Assembly (NCBI GenBank): GCA_964556365.1
Contig: CAZKVT010000001.1
Coordinates: 71,158 to 135,157, forward strand
DNA: 64,000 nt
Source of the DNA: an uncultured bacterium
GTDB taxonomy: Bacteria; Hydrothermota; UBA3072
Direction: 5' to 3'
The notes under the pieces: generated by a model
What the model was told of the DNA's origin: nothing
What the model saw: the letters and a program-made list of their open reading frames with translations, nothing else
Databases searched by the model: none
Shown: positions 18,720-28,944 of the stretch, piece by piece
Layout: every line of letters starts with the position of its first letter
How positions within the stretch are numbered: position 1 is the stretch's first letter
Made by a program: the position numbers and the translations under genes

Positions 18720-21077
18720 ATGCTTAAAAAATATGTTTTTATTGGTTTTTTTCTATTATTAATACTTAATCCCGGATTGTTTGCTTATAAAATTCTAAAA
18801 GGTTCTGTTAGGGATTTTGAAACAAAGAAAGCATTACCAACGGCAAACATTCAAATCGAAGGAACTTACAGAGGAACCATTACAAACGATGACGGTATTT
18901 TTTCAATCAGATTAGATTCTCTCCCGAAAACTCTGGTTATACGTTATATAGGATATAAAACAAAAAAAATAATGGTCGAAGATAGTACTGAAGAGACTGT
19001 TGACATAGATTTAATTTCGATACCCGTACAGAGCGAGGGAGTTGTTGTTACAGATCAGGACCCGGCAATAAATATAATGCGAAAAGTCATAAAGAAAAAA
19101 CAGGAGATGAAAGATAAACTTAAAAGCTTTAAAGCTGATGTTTATATGAGAACATTCATTTCCAATGAGGATAGTCTAACTCATATGCTCGAATCCGTAT
19201 CTGAGACCTATTGGGATAAAGAAAAAGGATTTAAAGAGTTAGTAAAATCAAAAAAAGAATCAGCAAAGACTCAACTGCCTGGAGTGAATTTTAATATGTT
19301 CTTGAACTTCTATGATGAAGAAATAGAACTCTTGGATTGTGCGTTTATTAATATAGTTCATCCTGATGCTTTTAAGCATTATGATTTTAAACTTTTATCC
19401 GAACGTGAACTTAAAGATAAATTTATTTATGAGATATCTGTAGAGCCAAAGGACAAAATACAACCTTTGTTCAAAGGAAAGATTACCGTTCAAACTCCTG
19501 ATTATGTTTTATTGGATGTCGATTTAAAACCAGCAGGTGGATTCAGGTTACCTCCAGTGGTACGCTTTAAATTTAACGCGAAACAGCAATTTAGTAATTT
19601 TGATAAAGAGTACTGGCTCCCTGTTTCCCTGCTTCTAGAAGGCAAGGCAAAAGAATGGACTTTATTGGTTAGTTATTCAGAATTAACTCGTAAGACTCTT
19701 TTTGAAGTTCGGAATTATCAAGTAAATATTCCGATATCTGATAGTTTATATAAAAACAATAAAAAATTTTCTCCAGTCGAAAACGACACCTTATCAATTT
19801 TAAAAGGAGATAAAGTCCCCTTTGCGAAAGAAGAAAAAAAGGCGTATGAGAATAGCGATAGTACTATCACGGCGGCAAAGATGCTTAAACCAAAAGGTCC
19901 ATTAGCTCCGCTTGCGAAGGGAATGCTCGATATAATGTTTGGAGATACAACCCAAAAAACCATTGATTATTCAATTGGTTTTGGGTGGTCTAACAGTAGA
20001 GTGGAAGGTAATTATTACAGAGTTAATGGAGGTATTTATTACAAAGATCTGTTGGGCTTGAAATTAGGATTAGGCAAAACTGATATTGCTAAAAATTTTC
20101 TCGATTATCCTTTTAATGTGGGATTAATAAGCAGACATTTGGATTTAAAATACTTTAGAGGAAATGATGTCCGCTGCGAGACAATCGTATACTCGCGTTT
20201 TCTAATATCACTATTTGGTAATAGTTATTTTGATTATTACTGGAATGAAGGCATAAGAGGGAAACTAAAATATGATATTGAAAAGCTCAAGACCAGATTA
20301 GCTCTCGGTGTCAATATAGAGAAACATTCATCAATTAGCAATATGACTGGAGAGCAAGACAAAAGGCCTAATCCATCTATTATGGAAGGGAATTTAAGAT
20401 CATTAAATTTCGAGTTATCAATGGGCAAGGATTCTGTTTTACATATAGGCAAGCAAATAAAATTAGAAAAAAGCAACAATTCAGACCGAAAGCTGTTTGA
20501 AAATAAACTTTCTTTAAAAATCGAGCACAGTTCGCCTGACATATTTGATTCGGACTATTCCTTTACAAGAGGTGAATTAAGTTTCGGTTGGAGGTTCAAC
20601 ACTTTCTTCAAAAGGCGAATGTCACCTAACGCTCTTGATTTAAAATTGATCGCAGGAGGTGTGTATGGTGATCCACCTATTCAGAAACATTTAATGCTTT
20701 ATGGTGCCGCAGGCTCTCTTAGCGGATTCGGTACATTCAGAAGTTTAAGACCTGTACCTATCGAAGGTGAAAAATACGCCGCTGTTTTTGCGGAACATAA
20801 CTTTCGTACAGTGCCTTTTGAATTATTAGGATTGGACTTTATAGCTAATTTAGGCTTAGAAATAATCGTACACGGGGCAGTCGGAAGAACCTGGTTTTCT
20901 GAAGAAAAATTAAATAGCTTAAGTTATATTCCCTCGTATTATGATGGGTATACGAGCGAAATCGGTTTTTCTATAAACAATGTTATTCCGTATTACCCCA
21001 TAATCCGTCTCGATTCCACCTACAACCTAAGGGATAAGAAATATTACATGGGCTTTGGTTTTGCTAAAATGTTTTAA
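18720..21077 (+). CDS. CarboxypepD_reg-like/DUF5686-family outer-membrane protein
   Basis: Signal peptide, GSVRDFETKKALPTANIQIEGTYRGTITNDDGIFSI, long beta-rich C-terminus. ATG at 18720 preferred over the track's TTG at 18711. Confidence 0.6.
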   Translation: MLKKYVFIGFFLLLILNPGLFAYKILKGSVRDFETKKALPTANIQIEGTYRGTITNDDGIFSIRLDSLPKTLVIRYIGYKTKKIMVEDSTEETVDIDLISIPVQSEGVVVTDQDPAINIMRKVIKKKQEMKDKLKSFKADVYMRTFISNEDSLTHMLESVSETYWDKEKGFKELVKSKKESAKTQLPGVNFNMFLNFYDEEIELLDCAFINIVHPDAFKHYDFKLLSERELKDKFIYEISVEPKDKIQPLFKGKITVQTPDYVLLDVDLKPAGGFRLPPVVRFKFNAKQQFSNFDKEYWLPVSLLLEGKAKEWTLLVSYSELTRKTLFEVRNYQVNIPISDSLYKNNKKFSPVENDTLSILKGDKVPFAKEEKKAYENSDSTITAAKMLKPKGPLAPLAKGMLDIMFGDTTQKTIDYSIGFGWSNSRVEGNYYRVNGGIYYKDLLGLKLGLGKTDIAKNFLDYPFNVGLISRHLDLKYFRGNDVRCETIVYSRFLISLFGNSYFDYYWNEGIRGKLKYDIEKLKTRLALGVNIEKHSSISNMTGEQDKRPNPSIMEGNLRSLNFELSMGKDSVLHIGKQIKLEKSNNSDRKLFENKLSLKIEHSSPDIFDSDYSFTRGELSFGWRFNTFFKRRMSPNALDLKLIAGGVYGDPPIQKHLMLYGAAGSLSGFGTFRSLRPVPIEGEKYAAVFAEHNFRTVPFELLGLDFIANLGLEIIVHGAVGRTWFSEEKLNSLSYIPSYYDGYTSEIGFSINNVIPYYPIIRLDSTYNLRDKKYYMGFGFAKMF

Positions 21078-21187
21078 GGGGTAGATTGAACTATAGTTTC
21101 GAGTTACGAGTTTAAGGTTTTGGGTTAAAAAAACAAAATTCTTAAAATCCATGTACTATTGTTTTATAATATCTTCAGGTAGAAAAT

Positions 21188-21397
21188 TTACGGTATAGCT
21201 ACCTCTTTTTCTTCTAAAAGACTTGAAAGAGAATTAATTATAAAGTTTTTGGCTCCAAGCACTTCCAATAAAACAGGCTCCCTATCTTTAGAGAAGTGTA
21301 TTATAAATTGGCCTTTTTCTTCCGCAAAATCTATTGGACTATCCGATAATTCAATCATAAGTGCGTCAACATCTTTGCTATATCTAATTTTCCTCAT
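21188..21397 (-). CDS. DUF2283-family protein (putative antitoxin)
   Basis: MRKIRYSKDVDALMIELSD... Start trimmed to Met13 of the track ORF, which has an SD GGAGG upstream. 14-nt overlap with the DUF4258 gene. Confidence 0.65.
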   Translation of the reverse strand: MRKIRYSKDVDALMIELSDSPIDFAEEKGQFIIHFSKDREPVLLEVLGAKNFIINSLSSLLEEKEVAIP

Positions 21398-21647
21398 ATC
21401 TTTTCTTCCTCCCTGGATACATTGTAATAACAATTATTTCATTCTTATTTGGTTCTTCATATACAACCCTCAAAACATGAGTTTCATCAAAACTCCCCTG
21501 CGCCATTAATCTTTCTTTATATCCCTTTTCCACTTTTTGTGGATTTAAAATTATATCTTTAACCATCTTCTTACTTATCATAACCCCATGTTTCCTTAAA
21601 ATGCTTATTTTCTCAAGTGAATGTTTGCTAAATTTTATATGTCTCAT
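21384..21647 (-). CDS. DUF4258-family protein (putative toxin)
   Basis: 87 aa, FSKHSLEKI...VLRVVYEE...IIVITMYPG. Paired with the DUF2283 gene. Confidence 0.6.
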   Translation of the reverse strand: MRHIKFSKHSLEKISILRKHGVMISKKMVKDIILNPQKVEKGYKERLMAQGSFDETHVLRVVYEEPNKNEIIVITMYPGRKKRYEEN

Positions 21648-21733
21648 TGTCTATTGTGAAATTTATACTTTTTCAATTAAAAGTCAATCGTTGAATGGAA
21701 TCAGCAAAGTTCTTGGAATGCGAATAAAAAATC

Positions 21734-21762
21734 TTGACTTAAAGTATAGAAATTAGTAAAAT
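21734..21762 (+). promoter_or_regulatory. Sigma70-like promoter of the SIR2-like gene (predicts a leaderless mRNA)
   Basis: TTGACT (21734-21739), 17 nt, TAAAAT (21757-21762). The ATG lies only 7 nt after the -10 and has no SD. Confidence 0.45.
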
Positions 21763-21769
21763 ATAGTAA

Positions 21770-22942
21770 ATGGAAATTTCTTTTTTAATAGGTGCAGGTT
21801 TTTCTATTCCAGAAGGTTATCCCAAAACAGAGGATATAAACGGAAGATTGCGGAAAATCGACGAAAGTGATATAGGTATATACACTGGTGGAGCATGCTG
21901 GTTCGCAGAAAAAGTAGAAGAGCCGAGGTATAACACAGGAGAAGATACAGAAAGGTTATTTATACAAGAATTTTTGAAATTTTATAATAAAGAAATTCTA
22001 AAGGAAAGATTCCATTACGAAAAATTTTTTGATTTTTATATCGATTTAATAAGAGGAAAATCTTCAGCGAAAATAACTGCAAAATTCAATACATTTATAG
22101 AAACTTTTAATAGGAAAAAAGGGTTCACAATTTTTGGAAATAGTTTAGTTAATTTTGATAATTGCTTTAATCAATTGCTTGCAGATTTTTTTAGTAAAGA
22201 AAAGCTAGAAGATTTCGAGCACAACACTTTATCAAAACTATGCGAAGGAAAATATTCTCCCTTCTTAAATCTTTTAAAATCACTTGGTAGTAAATACAAG
22301 GAAATACATTTACACTCTTTAAATCATGATCTTTTAATGGAAAGACTTTCTTTTTGTGAAGTCATGGAGAATAATTTTTCAGACGGATTTTCTGAGAAAG
22401 GTTCACCTTATCATACAAAAAACAATTCACAATTAAAAATATTTAAAGATGAATTTGGTAAGAAGTTCTGCTTATATAAACTTCATGGAAGTCTGAATCA
22501 ATATTACATTGATAATGATAATTGTATGGTTAGAGTCAAAGAAGCAACTTACCTTGGCAAATTAAATATTGAAAATGAAGAAGGAAAAAACTATCAATAT
22601 GTAGATGATTTCTATAAGCCAGATTTTCTTTCAGGAATTAAAGAAAAGAAGCGAAATTATAAAATGAAGTGTTACTATAAACCTGTCTTTAAGCACTTCA
22701 AAGAAAATTTGAAAAAATCAGATAATTTAATTGTAATAGGTTATAGTTTAAGAGACGATGGTATAAATAATTATATCAAAAAATACTTTTTATCTAAAAA
22801 AGATTCTAAAATGCTCATTATTGATACCAAGAAAGCAAAGAGCCCTATATATAACTATCCAAATGTAATTTATTATGGAAAAGGTTTAGGCGTCCAAGAT
22901 ATAGATAATGAGCGAATCTCTAAGTTATTGGATTTAAATTAA
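21770..22942 (+). CDS. Stand-alone SIR2-like (SIR2_2) domain protein, putative NADase
   Basis: FLIGAGFSIPEGYP, SLNHDLLME (matches TTNYDxLLE), LYKLHGSLN, IVIGYSLRDDGIN. Confidence 0.7.
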   Translation: MEISFLIGAGFSIPEGYPKTEDINGRLRKIDESDIGIYTGGACWFAEKVEEPRYNTGEDTERLFIQEFLKFYNKEILKERFHYEKFFDFYIDLIRGKSSAKITAKFNTFIETFNRKKGFTIFGNSLVNFDNCFNQLLADFFSKEKLEDFEHNTLSKLCEGKYSPFLNLLKSLGSKYKEIHLHSLNHDLLMERLSFCEVMENNFSDGFSEKGSPYHTKNNSQLKIFKDEFGKKFCLYKLHGSLNQYYIDNDNCMVRVKEATYLGKLNIENEEGKNYQYVDDFYKPDFLSGIKEKKRNYKMKCYYKPVFKHFKENLKKSDNLIVIGYSLRDDGINNYIKKYFLSKKDSKMLIIDTKKAKSPIYNYPNVIYYGKGLGVQDIDNERISKLLDLN

Positions 22943-23124
22943 AAAAAATCAAACAGTAAAAAACAAAAATCAATCCTTTTAAATCTGCGTTAATCCGCGT
23001 CCCATTTTAGGGTTTAAGATTTCGGGTTTAGGATTTAGTTAAAAACAAAATAAAATCCTCTGTGGTTAAATAAATACAAAAATTGTTGGGGGGTAGGGCT
23101 TTGTGTCCTTTGTGATCTTTGTGG

Positions 23125-25890
23125 TTAACTTTTCCCCAGGATCTCCTTCAAAAATTTCCCGGTATAAGAACCTTTTATCTTCGCGATTTCCTCAGGAGTT
23201 CCCTCCCCGATAAGTTTCCCTCCTTCAGCTCCGCCTTCGGGTCCGAGATCGATAACCCAGTCCGCGCATTTTATAACGTCCAAATTATGTTCTATAACTA
23301 CAACTGTATTTCCCATATCGACGAGACGTTTAAGTATTTTTAAAAGCAGACGAATATCATGAGCGTGCAGGCCGGTTGTGGGTTCATCGAGAAGATAAAG
23401 AGTGTCGCCTGTCGCGACTTTTGATAACTCTTTCGCGAGTTTTATTCTCTGGGCTTCACCGCCTGAGAGAGTTGTCGCGGGCTGACCGAGTTTTACGTAG
23501 CCTAAACCCACATCCCGCAAAAGTTGCAGTTTTTGTTTTGCCTTTGGAATTTCGTAAAAAAAATCAAGAGCTTCGGATACGGTTAAATCGAGAACATCCG
23601 CGATATTCTTATCTTTATACTCGACTTCCAGTGTTTCCTTTTTGTATCTTTTTCCTTTGCAGGCTTTACATGTAACATAAACATCCGATAAAAAATGCAT
23701 TTCTATTTTTTTCTGTCCCTGACCGTTGCATTCTTCGCATCTTCCGCCCTCTACATTAAAAGAGAATCTTCCTTTATTATACCCTCTTACACGTGATGCG
23801 GGAAGTTCCGCGAAAAAGTCCCTTATGGGATCGAAAACTCCAGTGTAAGTCGCCGGGTTAGAACGCGGGGTTCTTCCTATCGGGCTCTGGTCGATATTTA
23901 TAACTTTATCGATGTTTTCAAGTCCTTCGATTTTTTCGTGTTCAAGCGGTAGGTATCTCGAACCGTGAAAAGTTCTTGCAAGAGCTCTGAATAGAATATC
24001 GATAAGCAGGGTACTTTTACCGGAACCCGATACTCCGGTTACACAAACGAAACAGTTTAAAGGTATTTCAATGTTAATGTTTTTCAAATTGTTGCCTCTC
24101 GCGCCCAGAATCTTAATTGTCTTGTCTTTTTCCGTTTTATTTCGTATAGATGGAATCGGGATTTTTTCTTTTCCGGAAAGGTATTTGCCGGTTAATGTTT
24201 TACCGTTCTTTTTTAAATCGTTTGGGGTACCTTCAAAAACGATTTTTCCCCCTCTTGTTCCAGCTCCCGGCCCAAGGTCAATAACCCAATCCGCGGATAA
24301 AATGCTTTTGAAATCATGTTCCACTAAAATAACCGTATTCCCGATATCACGAAGAGATTTTAAGGTTTTAATTAGACGCAGTATATCTCTTTCGTGTAAT
24401 CCTATTGTAGGTTCGTCCAGAATATAAATAATCCCGACAAGACCCGACCCTATTTGAGTCGCGAGGTGCACCCTCTGGGCTTCCCCTCCAGCAAGAGTTT
24501 GAGTCGAACGTTCGAGTGTCAGATAATCTACTCCCACGTCTTCTAAAAAACGCAACCGATGAAGTATTTCCTTTATTAATTCCGATGCGATTTTTTGCCT
24601 TTCATCCTTAAATTTAATTTTTTCTGTGAACTTCCTGGCTTCAGATATGTTCATTTCTACTATATCATGTATGTTTTTTTTCTGTATTTTTATGGATAGC
24701 GCTTCTTTTCTGAGGCGTGCTCCCCTACATTCCCCGCATGGTGTTACAACCATATATTTTTCTATTTCATTTCTAATCCAGTCGGACTCGGTATAACGAT
24801 GCCTCCTGTTTAAATATGGAATTATTCCTTCCCAATCGTGCGTTCCGTATAATATTTTGTTTTTATCTTTTTCCTCTAATTTTTTCCAGGGCGCGTTTAA
24901 ATCCAGATTATATTTAAATGCGACAGATTCGAGTTCGCGCAGGAGCCTTCCTCTCGGTTCTCCAACCGGAGCTATGGCTCCTTCGAGAATGGATAATGAT
25001 TTGTTATGAATTATATTTTCCGGGTCTATTTCCATATCGGTTCCTATACCCTGGCATTTGGGGCAGGCTCCGTAAGGAGAATTAAAGGAAAACATCCTCG
25101 GAGATATTTCAGGATAACTTATCCCACAGTCAGGGCAGGCGAATTTTGTGGAAAATATTCTACTTGAATCTTTATCTATGTCTTTTAAAATTAACATTCC
25201 CTCGGTCTCGGAAAGAGCCGTTTCAACGGAATCCGCTATTCTGCTTCTTATTTCTTTTTTGGGCTTTATTCTATCTATAACTATTTTGATATTATGTGGT
25301 TTGTTCTTATCGAGCCCCGGAACGTTCTCGATATCGAGAATCTCACCGTCTATTATCACTCTAACATATCCTTTTTCTTCGATCCTCTTCAACTCGGCAG
25401 CGAATGTGCCTTTTTTTCCTCTGGCAATAGGAGCGAGTATGTATAGGCGTGCGTCCTCGGGATAAGATAGGATTTGAGCCACGATTTCATCCACAGTTTG
25501 AGAAGATATTTCTTTGCCACAGTTATAACAGTAAGCGTTTCCGGTTCTCGCGAAAAGGACTCGAAGGTAATCGTATATTTCGGTTACCGTACCAACGGTA
25601 GAACGTGGGTTTTTAGAAAGTTTTCTTTGTTCTATTGAGATCGTGGGAGATAAGTTTGTTATCGATTGAACTTCAGGTTTATCCATCACTCCAAGAAACT
25701 GTCTCGCGTAAGCAGAAAGAGATTCGATATACCGCCTCTGCCCTTCAGCGTATATGGTATCGAAAGCAAGAGAAGATTTTCCGGAACCTGATATGCCTGT
25801 TATAATGACTAACTTATCGCGTGGTATTTCAACGTCTATTCCTTTTAAGTTGTGAACGGACGCTTTCTTGATTTCAATATTTTTTTTCAT
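23125..25890 (-). CDS. uvrA: Excinuclease ABC subunit A
   Basis: 921 aa, two ABC modules ([23 protein letters not shown]; [10 protein letters not shown]; LSGGEAQR twice), zinc-finger cysteines. Confidence 0.95.
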   Translation of the reverse strand: MKKNIEIKKASVHNLKGIDVEIPRDKLVIITGISGSGKSSLAFDTIYAEGQRRYIESLSAYARQFLGVMDKPEVQSITNLSPTISIEQRKLSKNPRSTVGTVTEIYDYLRVLFARTGNAYCYNCGKEISSQTVDEIVAQILSYPEDARLYILAPIARGKKGTFAAELKRIEEKGYVRVIIDGEILDIENVPGLDKNKPHNIKIVIDRIKPKKEIRSRIADSVETALSETEGMLILKDIDKDSSRIFSTKFACPDCGISYPEISPRMFSFNSPYGACPKCQGIGTDMEIDPENIIHNKSLSILEGAIAPVGEPRGRLLRELESVAFKYNLDLNAPWKKLEEKDKNKILYGTHDWEGIIPYLNRRHRYTESDWIRNEIEKYMVVTPCGECRGARLRKEALSIKIQKKNIHDIVEMNISEARKFTEKIKFKDERQKIASELIKEILHRLRFLEDVGVDYLTLERSTQTLAGGEAQRVHLATQIGSGLVGIIYILDEPTIGLHERDILRLIKTLKSLRDIGNTVILVEHDFKSILSADWVIDLGPGAGTRGGKIVFEGTPNDLKKNGKTLTGKYLSGKEKIPIPSIRNKTEKDKTIKILGARGNNLKNINIEIPLNCFVCVTGVSGSGKSTLLIDILFRALARTFHGSRYLPLEHEKIEGLENIDKVINIDQSPIGRTPRSNPATYTGVFDPIRDFFAELPASRVRGYNKGRFSFNVEGGRCEECNGQGQKKIEMHFLSDVYVTCKACKGKRYKKETLEVEYKDKNIADVLDLTVSEALDFFYEIPKAKQKLQLLRDVGLGYVKLGQPATTLSGGEAQRIKLAKELSKVATGDTLYLLDEPTTGLHAHDIRLLLKILKRLVDMGNTVVVIEHNLDVIKCADWVIDLGPEGGAEGGKLIGEGTPEEIAKIKGSYTGKFLKEILGKS

Positions 25891-27262
25891 ACTCGGATAT
25901 TAACCGTGAAACCTCTTTCGGATCAGCTTTACCTTTGGTTTTTTTCATTACCTGTCCTACGAAAAACCCTATTAATTTCTTCTCTCCTTCTTTTAGTCGG
26001 TTTAGTTCGCCGGGGCACTCTTCGAAAACTTCCAGTAAAACTTTTTCTAAAGTAGTTGAATCCGATATTTGAATAAGATTTTTTTCTTTTACAATTTGTT
26101 CGGGTGTTTTTTTCGATTCTACCATTTCTTTTAAAACTTCCGCTCCCGCGTTTCTCGAAATTTCGCCATCAGCAACCATTTTTATCATTTCCGCGAAATT
26201 CTCCGCGGAGATATCCGGTTGTCCGAGGCTCATGTAATCTCTAAGTATCCATTTGCTGATTTCGACGGGGTCACCTATTATTTTTAAGATTTCTTCGAAT
26301 AAACGAGAACTACCCGGAGAATTTGAGATGATTTTCGCGTCTTCCGCGGTTAGTCCAAGTTCAATGTATTTTTCTTTCCTCTCTGTCGGTAATTCTCCTA
26401 TAGAACTCCTTATTTCTTCGATCCATTCTTTATCAACCACGAGAGGAGGCAAATCCGGTTCGGGAAAATATCTGTAATCGGAAGATTCCTCTTTTGTTCT
26501 GGCTTCCCATGTTTTACCTGTTTCTTCAGAGTAGTGTATTGTAGCTTGTGTTATACTTCCGCCGCTTTCCAAAATTTCTATCTGGCGTTTCACTTCAGAG
26601 GAAAGGGATTTTGTAACCGCCTTAAAAGAGTTAAGGTTCTTCACTTCAGTTCTCGTCCCAAGTTTCCCTTCTTCTTTACTAACGGATATATTAGGCTCAC
26701 ACCTGAATTCGGCTCTTGCCATAACAGCACCAGAAATGCTCTGAGATTGCAATATTTTCTGCAGTATTTTAAGATAAGCTACCGCCATATCCGGTGAATT
26801 TATATCGGGTTCCGTTACAATTTCTATTAAAGGTATACCCGATCTATTGTAGTCTATAAGAGACCTATTTTCTTCATGTATAGATTTAGCCGATTCTTCT
26901 TCGAGATGTACTCTTTTTATTCTTATTTCTTTGCCTTCGACCAGTATTCTTCCACCCGTCGCGATGGGAAATCTGTACTGAGTAATCTGGTAACCTTTGG
27001 GTAAATCGGGATAAAAGTAATTTTTTCTCGCGAAAATCGATTTTTCATGAATCTCACAATTCAAAGTAAGACCGGCTTTGATGGCAAGTTCTACAGCCTT
27101 TTTGTTCAGTGCAGGAAGAACTCCCGGAAGACCGAGACAAACGGAACAAACGTTAGAGTTGGCTTCGTCTCCGAAACTAACAGGACAACCGCAGAATAAT
27201 TTTGTATCGGTTTTAAGCTGAGCGTGAACCTCTATGCCTATTGTTGTTTTGTATTCAGCCAT
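25874..27262 (-). CDS. gatB: Asp-tRNA(Asn)/Glu-tRNA(Gln) amidotransferase subunit B
   Basis: IGIEVHAQL...KLFCGCP...GLPGVLPALN. C-terminal YqeY-like tail. Confidence 0.95.
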   Translation of the reverse strand: MAEYKTTIGIEVHAQLKTDTKLFCGCPVSFGDEANSNVCSVCLGLPGVLPALNKKAVELAIKAGLTLNCEIHEKSIFARKNYFYPDLPKGYQITQYRFPIATGGRILVEGKEIRIKRVHLEEESAKSIHEENRSLIDYNRSGIPLIEIVTEPDINSPDMAVAYLKILQKILQSQSISGAVMARAEFRCEPNISVSKEEGKLGTRTEVKNLNSFKAVTKSLSSEVKRQIEILESGGSITQATIHYSEETGKTWEARTKEESSDYRYFPEPDLPPLVVDKEWIEEIRSSIGELPTERKEKYIELGLTAEDAKIISNSPGSSRLFEEILKIIGDPVEISKWILRDYMSLGQPDISAENFAEMIKMVADGEISRNAGAEVLKEMVESKKTPEQIVKEKNLIQISDSTTLEKVLLEVFEECPGELNRLKEGEKKLIGFFVGQVMKKTKGKADPKEVSRLISEYEKKY

Positions 27263-28667
27263 CTTTAACTTCCTTTAAAAATCCTTTAAACGGCGCGATT
27301 TTCTCTACGAGCCGGACTACAGAAAGAAGTTTTTTCTCATCGAAAGGTTTCCCGATTAATTGATAACCTATGGGGAGCTTACCTATCATTCCCGCCGGCG
27401 CTACTACCGCGGGAAGACCCGCTAAATTGGCTCCGGCAGTCATTCGATCGGGCACATGCATTCTTATCGGATCATCGGTTCGCTCTCCAATAGGAAAAGC
27501 GGGTGTGGGCGTGGCCGGAGTAAGAAGACAATCTACTTCCTTTAGAACTTTATTGAACTCCTGAGTAATTAATCTTCTTATGAGATCCGCTCTCTCATAG
27601 TATTCTGCAATAGCTTCCGAGGAAAGAACAAACGAACCGATAAGTATTCTTCTTTTTACTTCCGGAAGAAAACCTTCGTCTCTGCTTTTTCTTATCGTGT
27701 CGTGAAAGTCTTCTCCTTCTTTGCGTAAACCGTATCTAACTCCGTCGTATCTCGCGAGATTCGAAGAGGCTTCGGCGTATGAGATAACCTGGTATGTTGG
27801 TATGATGTAGTTTGTTGTGGGAAGAGAAACTGATTTGAATGAAATTCCTTCTTTTTCGAGTGTTTTTTTGATTTTTATAACCGATGAGTGAACTTCTGGG
27901 TCTATCTGTTTAAAATATTCTTCCGGAATGCCGATTTTTATATCTTTTGGGATTGTATTTAAATTGCTGTAATCGTCGATTTCCTTCTCTGAAGAAGTCG
28001 AATCCTTCGGATCATAACCGGCTATAACTTCGAGCAGGACGCCCACATCTTCCGCATTCCTCCCTATAATTCCAATCTGGTCCAGGGAAGAACCGAAAGC
28101 GACCAGACCATATCTTGAAACTCTTCCGTATGTCGGTTTAAGACCAACCAGTCCGCAGTAAGAAGCGGGCTGGCGTACCGAACCGCCCGTATCGGAGCCA
28201 AGTGAAATAATAGCACTTCCACAAGCTACAGCGGCAGCAGAACCACCGCTCGAACCGCCCGGAACTTTTGTCAGATCAAAAGGATTTTTAGTCGGTCCAT
28301 AGTATGATCTTTCTGTGGATGAACCCATCCCGAATTCATCGAGATTTGTTTTACCTATAAAAATTCCTCCGTTTTTTTCGATTCGCTCGATTACAGTTGC
28401 GGAAAAAGTAGAGATAAACCCTTTCAGAACATTCGAGGCGCAGCTTGTAGGAATTCCTTTTATATTAATGTTATCCTTAATAGCAATAGGTATTCCTTTT
28501 AATTTACCTTCTACGTTCTTTCCCAATCCTTTTTTTGCCAGATCTTCTGTTACTGTTATATATGCGTTTAAGGATGGATCTATATTCTTAAGACAGTCTT
28601 CGAGAAGATTAAGAGGTGTTATTCTCTGTTTTTTAAACTCTTCTTGATATTCAAGAATCGTCTTCAT
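27255..28667 (-). CDS. gatA: Glutamyl-tRNA(Gln) amidotransferase subunit A
   Basis: Amidase signature GGSSGGSAAAVA...GSDTGGSVRQPA. Confidence 0.95.
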   Translation of the reverse strand: MKTILEYQEEFKKQRITPLNLLEDCLKNIDPSLNAYITVTEDLAKKGLGKNVEGKLKGIPIAIKDNINIKGIPTSCASNVLKGFISTFSATVIERIEKNGGIFIGKTNLDEFGMGSSTERSYYGPTKNPFDLTKVPGGSSGGSAAAVACGSAIISLGSDTGGSVRQPASYCGLVGLKPTYGRVSRYGLVAFGSSLDQIGIIGRNAEDVGVLLEVIAGYDPKDSTSSEKEIDDYSNLNTIPKDIKIGIPEEYFKQIDPEVHSSVIKIKKTLEKEGISFKSVSLPTTNYIIPTYQVISYAEASSNLARYDGVRYGLRKEGEDFHDTIRKSRDEGFLPEVKRRILIGSFVLSSEAIAEYYERADLIRRLITQEFNKVLKEVDCLLTPATPTPAFPIGERTDDPIRMHVPDRMTAGANLAGLPAVVAPAGMIGKLPIGYQLIGKPFDEKKLLSVVRLVEKIAPFKGFLKEVKDG

Positions 28668-28944
28668 TTATCATCCTGTTTATTGTAAAATGATTTTTGC
28701 TAAGATTCTGTGCGTTCGATAAGACTTCTTTTACCGATAAAGGTTCTTCTTTTTTGTCCTCTCTAAAGGGAAGCTTTTCTACACTCAGATGACTTGTATT
28801 CGGCACAGTTTTCACTTCCACTTCCTGTATCCTTCTAATGTGTTTTATGATTTTATCGAGGTCTTCTTGAAGAAGTTTTTCTTCCTTACTATCCAGCTCT
28901 ATGTTCGCTAATTTGGAAAGATGTTTTATATCAATTTCCCTCAC
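28651..28944 (-). CDS. gatC: Amidotransferase subunit C
   Basis: 97 aa, LAKLANIELDSKEEKLLQEDLDKII. Overlaps gatA and pcrA. Confidence 0.8.
   Translation of the reverse strand: MREIDIKHLSKLANIELDSKEEKLLQEDLDKIIKHIRRIQEVEVKTVPNTSHLSVEKLPFREDKKEEPLSVKEVLSNAQNLSKNHFTINRMINEDDS

Noticed and set aside
23005-23040. TTTAGGG-like units (plant-telomere-like) in TTAGGGTTTAAGATTTCGGGTTTAGGATTTAG and their reverse complements near 44500 and 45630.
   Set aside because: These are only 2-3 degenerate units lying internally on a bacterial contig. They belong to the general word-repeat phenomenon rather than being telomeric.
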